Assembly: GCA_963735035.1 (NCBI GenBank)
Contig: CAVTJJ010000003.1
Span: 455,328 to 519,327 of the forward strand
DNA: 64,000 bases
Origin: an uncultured candidate division Zixibacteria bacterium
GTDB taxonomy: Bacteria; Zixibacteria; MSB-5A5; GN15; FEB-12
Direction of reading: 5' to 3'
Positions 57,288 to 64,000 of this stretch are shown piece after piece. Positions within the stretch are counted from its first letter, which is position 1. Each line of letters begins with the position of its first letter. Position numbers and translations under genes: made by a program. Under the pieces are notes generated by a model, which was not told where the DNA came from, did not search any database, and saw only the letters and a list, made by a program, of their open reading frames with translations.

Positions 57288-58091
57288 TCACTCGGCGGGA
57301 TCAACCTTGTTTCGAGCCTTCACCGCCAACATCAGCGGAAACTTCGTCGGACCGTCCGGCGGCACCCAATGACGATCCGGAAGTTCATACCATCCCTCCG
57401 CGAATCGGTAAAAGCCGAAATTGTATTCATCCAGACGTTCAATCGTCAACCCCGCCCCAATCAGCGCATTCACAATCTCCGACACCGGATGCTGCCACTC
57501 GACATGCTCGCCTTCGATCTTGGTATCCTTCTCACAATAGTCGCGTGGATTGAGAGTTCGCTCCGGCTCGCGCGCGAAGTAGTCGTACTTCTGTTCGGGA
57601 AACAGAAATAACTGGTCCACGGGATGACTATCGACCATGAAGAACACGCCCCCCGGCTTCAGATAATGCGCGATCACCGCCGCCCAGCGATTCAGGTCCG
57701 ACAGCCACATGTGCGTGCCGTACGACTGATAGATAATGTCAAATTTGCGATCTATCGCCCCGATGAAGTCCAGTACGTCACAACGGAAGAATTCGGCCTC
57801 CACCCCGGCTTTCACTTTGATCTCATTAGCGACCGCAATAGATCGATCTGATATATCGACGCCGGTCACGTTAGCTCCCTGTCGCGCCCACGAAATCGTA
57901 TCGAGGCCGAACTGGCACATGAGGTGCAACAAGCTCTTGCCGCGAACATCGCCGAGCGCTTCGAGCTCGACCCGCTTGAGCGATGAACCCCCGTCTATGA
58001 CCTCTGGTGTCCGGTACTCCGGATGTCCGATGTGAAGATCGACCGCCCGGTTCCATGTGGCCCGGTTCTTTTCGTGGTCGGGGTGTGACAT
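57288..58091 (-). CDS. class I SAM-dependent methyltransferase
   Basis: SAM-binding motif I region LHLMCQFGLDTISWARQGANVTGVDISDRSIAVA and an acidic loop (D)VLDF. Start at the ATG at 58091, overlapping the lptG-like stop in a TAATG arrangement. The track ORF extends to 58187. Confidence 0.7.
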   Translation of the reverse strand: MSHPDHEKNRATWNRAVDLHIGHPEYRTPEVIDGGSSLKRVELEALGDVRGKSLLHLMCQFGLDTISWARQGANVTGVDISDRSIAVANEIKVKAGVEAEFFRCDVLDFIGAIDRKFDIIYQSYGTHMWLSDLNRWAAVIAHYLKPGGVFFMVDSHPVDQLFLFPEQKYDYFAREPERTLNPRDYCEKDTKIEGEHVEWQHPVSEIVNALIGAGLTIERLDEYNFGFYRFAEGWYELPDRHWVPPDGPTKFPLMLAVKARNKVDPAE

Positions 58092-59173
58092 TACTTCGGC
58101 GCTCTCCACATGAGTATCATGCCGATCACAAAGAACAGCCCGTTGACCCCCCAGACGGCGACATCGACCGGTACCTTCTCGTTCCACCCGGCCGATTGCA
58201 ACATGCGATAGAGCACGAAATATGCCAGCGAGATTCCGGCGCCCGCCGCAATTGATACGGCGATGCCCGCCCGTCGAGGATTCGACGCGAACGGCACACA
58301 GATCAACACGACAATGAACGACGCCATCGGGAAAGAGTACTTCATTTTCAAGTCGAGCGCTTCCCGGTGATACGGTCCGCCGATACGTTTCATCAAGTCG
58401 ATGTACCGGCGCAGTTCGTCGATCCCCATGTCTTCAGGTTTCGTCAGGCGCTTCGCCAGATCATCGGGGACGTCCTTTATATCGCCGATGATGAGTGTAT
58501 CGAACGAAGTATAACTCCCGTCGGTCGTGTCGCTGAACTTGCGCACATTCCCATCAAGCGCCTGCCACAAAAATTGGTGGTAGACGATCTTGTCGGCCGT
58601 AATTATTTCTGTGGCCCGGTTATTCTTAGAACGATAGAGCTTGAAGCTCTCCCCCATGCGACGGTCGGTGTCGAATTGCGACATGGTATAGAAGCTGCCG
58701 GGATTGATCTGACGGTAGACATCGCGCACGAGCGCTTGATTGGCGCGCGATTGTTTCTCGATGGTGAAATTCTTGATCTCGACCCGCCGCTGGTTCATGG
58801 CGGGAAAGACATACTCATTGTAGTAGAAGTGTCCGAAGGCGATCAATATCGCAATGAGCGCGAAGGGAAGCGTGATGCGCCAGAGCGAGAGGCCGCTCGC
58901 TTTCATGGCGAGAATTTCCTTACGCCGCGCCAGCAATGAGATAGAGAACAACACCGCCAGAAGAACAAACATCGGTGTGAACGATTTTACGACCCAGCCC
59001 CCGAAATAAAGGTAGTACTCCAGTATCTGTGAGATGGATACCCGATTGTCGATGAAGTCGGGCAGCTCCTCGACCATGTTGATGACAACAATGGTCAGGC
59101 CGATAGCGATCATGACGGCCGCGAAAGACTGCAGAAAGTAGGTCAGGAGGTAACGGTCGAGACGTTTGAGCAT
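58091..59173 (-). CDS. LptF/LptG-family LPS export permease (YjgP/YjgQ)
   Basis: MLKRLDRYLLTYFLQSFAAVMIAIGLTIVVINMVEELPDFID N-terminal signature, 6 TM with a periplasmic beta-jellyroll domain. Confidence 0.8.
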   Translation of the reverse strand: MLKRLDRYLLTYFLQSFAAVMIAIGLTIVVINMVEELPDFIDNRVSISQILEYYLYFGGWVVKSFTPMFVLLAVLFSISLLARRKEILAMKASGLSLWRITLPFALIAILIAFGHFYYNEYVFPAMNQRRVEIKNFTIEKQSRANQALVRDVYRQINPGSFYTMSQFDTDRRMGESFKLYRSKNNRATEIITADKIVYHQFLWQALDGNVRKFSDTTDGSYTSFDTLIIGDIKDVPDDLAKRLTKPEDMGIDELRRYIDLMKRIGGPYHREALDLKMKYSFPMASFIVVLICVPFASNPRRAGIAVSIAAGAGISLAYFVLYRMLQSAGWNEKVPVDVAVWGVNGLFFVIGMILMWRAPK

Positions 59174-59180
59174 GCGCCGC

Positions 59181-60506
59181 TCAATCCTTCCTGCGGAACC
59201 AGCCGAAGATCGGCCTTTCCGAAACCACGATAAAATTGAGATACAGTCCCACGCAGGCCATGAGAATGTTCGCGCTCCACATCGCCACGAACGGCGTAAT
59301 TATCCCCCGATCGGCCATGTCTTCGCCCCCGATCAGAAACGCCCAGTAGATCATGAAGAGAACTATGGCTATTGCTATGGCCATTCCCATTCCCCCGCGC
59401 CGCGACATGATCCCCAGCGGCGCCCCGATCAGGACGAACGCCAGAGAAGCGGCCGGGATCGAGTATTTCTTCTGAATCTCAATATTATACTTGTCCATAA
59501 TGCGCCGCTGAGCCTCGATCTGCTGCCGGTTGCGCTCGACATGCCGGACCATCACCGAGGCATCACTTCGCACCAGGCCCAGGGCTTTGCGGTCATCCAT
59601 CGAGTCGGTCGGGTTAAACTTGAAGCTGTCAGAGAACAAATATGAGTACTTGGTCTGAAGATATTCGTTGATCCGGTCACGCAGCGGCTTGGCGCTGTTG
59701 ACCGCCTGGTGGACTTGCGACGACATCTGCTCGATATTCATTTCGCGGTCGGTGCGAAACTCAGACTCGGTACGTACCAGCTCCGAACCGGTTCCGGAAA
59801 CATTGATGATCTGGTTCTTGAAGTCGAGCTTCCGGTAATTGTCGGGATTGGTGAGATCGAGCGTGTGAAGCTCGCCGTCGTTGAGCGAAAACCGCATGTT
59901 CCGGCCGCCATCGGTCATGGTCAAGTAACCATCCTTGGCGACGATCAATCTCGGATGGTTCGGATCTTTGGTCTCGGAAATGCGGACACCCTGAACGTAC
60001 GACGTCGCGTGATCGATCTTGTCGATCAACACCAGATAACCGGGGATATCGGTAATGAAAATGCCCGACTGGAATATCATCGTGGGCCGCATCGACTGGA
60101 TGTCCCCCAGCAACGTGCGAGCTTTCTTATTGAGATCGGGAAGCACCTTGTCGTGGAACTCGATCATACCAACCGTCAGAATCGACGCGGCCACCATCAG
60201 CGGCATGAGCACGTGAAGCAAATTGATCCCAGAGGCCTTGATGGCGGTGACTTCGAAATCCCCCCCGAGCCGCCCGAACGCCATCAGGGTCGCCACCAGC
60301 ACCGACATGGGAACCGACAGCGCCAGCATCCAGGCCAGATTCAGACCGACCAGCTCCAGGACCACCATCAGATTAATGTCTTTGTCAATCACCCGGTCGA
60401 TGATCTTTGGGACGAAATCTATGACCAGCAGGAACGTAATCGTAAAGAAGGCGAAAAAGAACGGGGCGATGTGTTCGCGAAGAATGTATCGAGTCAGGAT
60501 TTTCAT
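59181..60506 (-). CDS. LptF/LptG-family LPS export permease (second paralog)
   Basis: MKILTRYILREHIAPFFFAFFTITFLLVIDFVPKIIDRV..., the same family architecture, adjacent to its paralog. Confidence 0.8.
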   Translation of the reverse strand: MKILTRYILREHIAPFFFAFFTITFLLVIDFVPKIIDRVIDKDINLMVVLELVGLNLAWMLALSVPMSVLVATLMAFGRLGGDFEVTAIKASGINLLHVLMPLMVAASILTVGMIEFHDKVLPDLNKKARTLLGDIQSMRPTMIFQSGIFITDIPGYLVLIDKIDHATSYVQGVRISETKDPNHPRLIVAKDGYLTMTDGGRNMRFSLNDGELHTLDLTNPDNYRKLDFKNQIINVSGTGSELVRTESEFRTDREMNIEQMSSQVHQAVNSAKPLRDRINEYLQTKYSYLFSDSFKFNPTDSMDDRKALGLVRSDASVMVRHVERNRQQIEAQRRIMDKYNIEIQKKYSIPAASLAFVLIGAPLGIMSRRGGMGMAIAIAIVLFMIYWAFLIGGEDMADRGIITPFVAMWSANILMACVGLYLNFIVVSERPIFGWFRRKD

Positions 60507-60608
60507 ACGATTTTGCCAATATATTTCTTATACCCGCCGCCGCCAACTCTAAACTAATCAAACACTTTTGGGCTGGCCTTCGGAAGCCGACCTTGTTATT
60601 TTGACTTC

Positions 60609-61565
60609 ATGCAGCAAAAGAAGATTGTGGATTTCGTCAAGGACGATCAGATCGAAGGTTACTTCTCGATCCGAAAGAAAGAAGTCAGAGAGTCCGTGCG
60701 CGGCCTGTTCGTATCGCTCGAACTGGGCGATTCCTCAGGTCGAATCGGCGCCGTCATGTGGGAGCCGGATCAGTTCGCGCTTGAGGAACTGACCGAAGGG
60801 ATGGTGGTCAAGGCACGGGGCGTGATCGGAGAGTATCGCAACAAACTTCAGTTCACGATCGCCCGGATTCGGCTCGCGACCGACGACGAATATACCCTGG
60901 CCGATATCATGCCACATTCGCCGCAATCGCGTGAAGAACGGCTGGCCCGCCTGTTCGCCCTGCGCGATCAGATCACGAACCCGCATGTTCTGGCCCTGAC
61001 TAACAGCTTTTTGAATGACCAGGTCTGGTTGGAAGGCTTTCTCAAGGCCGCGGCCGGGAAACTCTGGCACCACGCCACAATCGGCGGGCTTTCGGAACAC
61101 TCGGCCAATGTCGCCGAATTGGCGGTCCGGGTCGCCCAGGGGTATGAGTTCCTGAACCGCGACTATCTGATCTTCGGCGGGATGTTCCACGATGCAGGCA
61201 AGATGGCCGCCTATGACACCCATACCGTGATAGATTTTACCGACGCCGGACGATTGATCGACCATATCTGCATTTCAGACGAATGGATCTGCTGCCGGGC
61301 GAAGGAGATCGACGGCTTCCCGGACCAACTGCTCATGATCCTGAGGCATCTGATTCTGTCGCATCACGGCGAGCGGGAGTTCGGCGCCCCGGTCGTCCCA
61401 CAGATTCCGGAGGCGTTTATTCTCTACTATTGCGATGAAATCGACAGCAAAATGGGGGCAATTGACCGTATTCGATCCCGCCAGGACGGTCACGGCTGGT
61501 CCGAATATATCAACATCCTCAACCGGTTCCTGTATTTCGGCGAGGCGGACAAGCCCAAGGGGTGA
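60609..61565 (+). CDS. OB-fold plus HD-domain protein (YhaM-like 3'-5' exoribonuclease family)
   Basis: N-terminal OB-fold (GYFSIRKKEVRESVRGLFVSLELGDSSGRIGAVMWE), HD motifs (HSANVAELAV..., GGMFHDAGK, LILSHHGE). Confidence 0.75.
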   Translation: MQQKKIVDFVKDDQIEGYFSIRKKEVRESVRGLFVSLELGDSSGRIGAVMWEPDQFALEELTEGMVVKARGVIGEYRNKLQFTIARIRLATDDEYTLADIMPHSPQSREERLARLFALRDQITNPHVLALTNSFLNDQVWLEGFLKAAAGKLWHHATIGGLSEHSANVAELAVRVAQGYEFLNRDYLIFGGMFHDAGKMAAYDTHTVIDFTDAGRLIDHICISDEWICCRAKEIDGFPDQLLMILRHLILSHHGEREFGAPVVPQIPEAFILYYCDEIDSKMGAIDRIRSRQDGHGWSEYINILNRFLYFGEADKPKG

Positions 61566-61758
61566 TGTCTGGAATCCCAATTCCCGAGTGAAGCGCTATA
61601 GAACCTGCTGAGCTGGTTGCGGTAGGTCCTGCGGCCCGCTCGGCGGGACGTGTGACCTGCCGCAAAGAGACAATTTGACTCAAGACAGATTTTTCGTTGA
61701 ACCCAACCCCTCTCGGTTGTATGATCTTAGGAATAATATTGCAGGAGGTACCTAGAAA

Positions 61759-62679
61759 ATGCGCCCATTGACCATAAGCTTTACCGTATTGGCGACCCTG
61801 GCCCTGCTGATAGCAGGGTGCCAGAAGCAAAGCCAAACCCCGGCCACGACCGACAAACCCGCGGTCCCGGCGACTGTGATATCCGTGGTGGTAGACAGCG
61901 TGCCGTCCGAAGATGGCGTAATGATCTATTACGACGTCCGGGGACAGGGAGACAAGGCCCTGGTATTCGTCCATTGCTGGAGCTGTGATCGGTCCTACTG
62001 GCAGAACCAGGTTGACGAATTCGCCAAAGATTACCGGGTCATCACCCTCGACCTGGCCGGCCATGGCCAGTCCGGGAAGGGTCGGCAGAAATGGACGATG
62101 GATTCGTTCGGGACCGATGTTGCCGCGGTCGCCAATAAGCTGAACCTTCAGAACATGGTCTTGATCGGCCATTCCATGGGTGGAGCGGTGGTGATCGAAG
62201 CCGCCCGACGGTTGCCCGGACGTGTCGTCGGGATTGTTGGTGTCGACAATTTCCAGGATTTGGGCAGTGTCAATTCCAAAGCCGACGTCATGAAATTCAT
62301 CGAGCCGTTCAAGTCCGATTTCAGCAAGTCAACGAATCAGTTCGTACAATCATTGTTTCCTCCAACCGCCGATAAGGCTCTGGTAGAGCGCACCGCCCGG
62401 GATATGGCCTCTGAGACTCCGGAAATTGGTGTCGGTGCGATAACGTCGTTGCTGTCCTACAACTACAAGACGGCGTTGGCGGACGTTCGCGTGCCTATTA
62501 GGACTATCAGCAGCGATCAGTTCCCGACCTTCTCGGACACCAACAACAAGATTGCCGCTTCGTTCAAAGTGAGGATCATGCCGGGGGTGGGTCATTTCCC
62601 GCACCTGGTGGATCCGGTGGCGTTCAACCGCCTGTTGCACGAGACGCTGACCGATTTCTGGCCTCCGGCTGCGAAATAG
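61759..62679 (+). CDS. alpha/beta-fold hydrolase, lipoprotein
   Basis: Lipobox LLIAGCQ. HCWSCD oxyanion region, nucleophile elbow LIGHSMGG, C-terminal His (VGHFPHL). Confidence 0.8.
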   Translation: MRPLTISFTVLATLALLIAGCQKQSQTPATTDKPAVPATVISVVVDSVPSEDGVMIYYDVRGQGDKALVFVHCWSCDRSYWQNQVDEFAKDYRVITLDLAGHGQSGKGRQKWTMDSFGTDVAAVANKLNLQNMVLIGHSMGGAVVIEAARRLPGRVVGIVGVDNFQDLGSVNSKADVMKFIEPFKSDFSKSTNQFVQSLFPPTADKALVERTARDMASETPEIGVGAITSLLSYNYKTALADVRVPIRTISSDQFPTFSDTNNKIAASFKVRIMPGVGHFPHLVDPVAFNRLLHETLTDFWPPAAK

Positions 62680-62771
62680 GCAAGTGGCACTTGGAACGGG
62701 CAACGGGGTGCCCCATTGCTCGAATCGGGTTCACATAACGTGCCCGGCCCGCCGCGGCGGGTTCACAAAAC

Positions 62772-62801
62772 GTGCCCGGCAGATGCCCACATCTGCCGGC
62801 T
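62772..62801 (+). repeat. REP-like palindromic element, copy 2 of 3, preceded by a partial copy and a CCGCCGCGGCGG palindrome (62727–62760)
   Basis: GTGCCCGGCAGATGCCCACATCTGCCGGCT, 3' of the hydrolase gene. Confidence 0.75.
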
Positions 62802-62908
62802 AAGTATCCGGACGTCATAGGTCGCGCAAATTGCCCTTGTTTTCCGGGTCGGGGGTGCTAAATTGGGGGCTTCTCCGGCGGCTTTCGGCTGCCGGTTCAG
62901 GTGTATGC

Positions 62909-62997
62909 GGAGAGGTGGCCGAGCGGTTGAAGGCGCACGCCTGGAAAGTGTGTATAGGTAACCCCTATCCAGGGTTCGAATCCCTGCCTCTCCGCCA
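62909..62997 (+). tRNA. tRNA-Ser (anticodon GGA)
   Basis: Acceptor stem GGAGAGG/CCTCTCC, D-arm with GCCGAGCGGTTGAAGGC, anticodon stem CACGC/GTGTG with loop CTGGAAA, long variable arm TATAGGTAACCCCTATC, T-arm CAGGGTTCGAATCCCTG, encoded CCA. Confidence 0.85.
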
Positions 62998-63088
62998 GAT
63001 TTCATCTGGACTATTCGCTTCGCGTCTCATTTGCGGAGGTTAACTTGGCAGCCTGCAGCTCTGCTGCAGGTTCGCTCGCTCTTGAAAA

Positions 63089-63118
63089 GTGCCCGGCAGA
63101 TGCCCACATCTGCCGGCT
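63089..63118 (+). repeat. REP-like palindromic element, copy 3 of 3
   Basis: GTGCCCGGCAGATGCCCACATCTGCCGGCT about 90 bp 3' of the tRNA-Ser. Confidence 0.75.
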
Positions 63119-63201
63119 CATACGGGAACCGCGTTTTGTAGCCTTTCCAGAAACCGCTTGGTCATGACTGCATCGGCGAGTCTAGAAGAAGCCCGATCCT
63201 T

Positions 63202-63352
63202 GTCATTGCGGGCGAAGATAACCCAACGCAAGGCGGTTCATCGTAGCACGGCAATCTCAGGCTCGTTGTGGCAGCATCATTTGAGATCGCCACGTCTCGC
63301 CAGCGAAGCGCGGTCGAGACTCGCGATGACGTGCTCAGGGCTTTTCAACAGC
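63202..63352 (-). mobile_element. MITE-like structured element, copy 2 (inverse orientation)
   Basis: The reverse complement reads ...CTGTTGAAAAGCCCTGAGCACGTCATCGCGAGTCTCGACCGCGCTTCGCTGGCGAGACGTGGCGATCTCAAATGATGCTGCCACAACGAGCCTGAGATTGCCGTGCTACG...CGCCCGCAATGAC. By-eye alignment (not computed) suggests roughly 80 % identity to 50854–50992. Confidence 0.55.
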
Positions 63353-63385
63353 CGCAAGCGCAGGGCCCCCCTGTTTCCGCAGTAA

Positions 63386-63847
63386 CTAGGCCATCACTCC
63401 TCTCGCGGGAGTATAGTTCCATCCAAACCAGAAAGAGCATGTATCGGAGATCAATTTCTGGAGCTGGACAAAATCCAGCGGTTTTACGGCATAACCATTC
63501 GCACCAACCCGATACGCTTCCATAATATCCTGTTTCGCATCGGACGTGCTGAGAACAACAATTGGTGTTCCCGAGAATATTTCGCGCATCCGGATTCTTC
63601 GAAGAACTTCCAATCCGTCAATTTTCGGAAGTCGCAGATCGAGCAGAATCAGATCGGGGACACGACAATTTGTAGGGTCGGAAGCGGCGCAAGAACTCTG
63701 CTCGGACATGTAATTCAAAGCCAGATCTCCGTCGACCAGATGGACTACTTCTCGCACCTGCGGATGCTGCAAGAGGCAGCTCTTTATGAGCTCCGCGTGA
63801 TCCGGGTTGTCCTCAATGAGCAGGACAAGTGACGACTTCTGGCGCAT
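63386..63847 (-). CDS. single-domain response regulator (CheY-like receiver)
   Basis: [15 protein letters not shown], phospho-acceptor region [23 protein letters not shown], conserved Lys in [10 protein letters not shown]. Confidence 0.85.
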   Translation of the reverse strand: MRQKSSLVLLIEDNPDHAELIKSCLLQHPQVREVVHLVDGDLALNYMSEQSSCAASDPTNCRVPDLILLDLRLPKIDGLEVLRRIRMREIFSGTPIVVLSTSDAKQDIMEAYRVGANGYAVKPLDFVQLQKLISDTCSFWFGWNYTPARGVMA

Positions 63848-64000
63848 GCTCTCCCTCCACCTTACCGTTTTCGACCAAACTATGGGGTATCGTGAAATAG
63901 AAAGTCGATCCCTTGTAATTCCCCTCTGACTCCACCCACAATTTGCCGTTATGACATTCGATAATTCGCTTGGCGAGAGACAGGCCTATTCCTGATCCCT
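63813..64000 (-). CDS. sensor histidine kinase, C-terminal fragment (5' end beyond window)
   Basis: My translation of the minus strand gives ...[61 protein letters not shown], the HATPase_c G2 box and C-terminus. Its stop overlaps the receiver gene start by 35 nt. Confidence 0.7.
   Translation of the reverse strand, partial: GSGIGLSLAKRIIECHNGKLWVESEGNYKGSTFYFTIPHSLVENGKVEGEHAPEVVTCPAH

Overview
The window is a gene-dense, high-GC (roughly 55–62 % by eye) bacterial chromosomal segment. The T9SS sorting tail, DUF1573, Fibrobacter-type paralogous domain, LptFG and multiheme cytochromes suggest an uncultured FCB-group-like Gram-negative.

Recognisable content:
- Three MacAB/Lol-like ABC efflux modules (separate ATPase, FtsX permease and HlyD adaptor), one next to a divergent sigma54-type two-component pair.
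- A 1695-aa multi-PAS hybrid histidine kinase.
- An RND pump whose permease carries a +1 frameshift, plus its adaptor.
- Bacteriohemerythrin and rubrerythrin.
- An Hmc/Nhc-like respiratory module: Tat-dependent 4Fe-4S subunit, NrfD-like membrane subunit and a 13-heme cytochrome c, with a perfect CRP-type palindrome upstream.
- An ArsR plus ACR3 arsenite module.
- folE, a Zn-dependent alcohol dehydrogenase, LptF/LptG, a YhaM-like OB-fold/HD protein and tRNA-Ser(GGA).
- Several secreted peptidases: an ACE-like M2 lipoprotein, a thermolysin-like M4 peptidase, and a papain-like C1 domain fused to an alpha/beta hydrolase.
- A T9SS-sorted 845-aa protein.
- An IS1182-like insertion sequence.

I found no CRISPR array, restriction-modification system or canonical toxin-antitoxin pair. 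The most unusual observations are:
1. A DUF1573 gene interrupted by an in-frame TGA exactly at the first Cys of the family's SCGCT motif, which could be selenocysteine or a nonsense mutation.
2. A roughly 1 kb low-GC islet carrying a lone FRG-domain gene.
3. A cytoplasmic papain-like and alpha/beta-hydrolase fusion protein.
4. A 17-bp tandem array of about eight copies, plus flanking 20-bp direct repeats, around the T9SS-substrate gene.
5. Two secreted proteins, an M4 peptidase and a Fibrobacter-paralogous-domain protein, that share a thrombospondin-type-3 plus dockerin-like C-terminal tail and are divergently transcribed.
6. A MITE-like structured element present twice, a 30-bp REP-like palindrome present three times, and a small gene cassette bounded by hairpin direct repeats next to the IS.

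Many long ORFs in the supplied track are antisense shadow ORFs typical of high-GC DNA and were not called.
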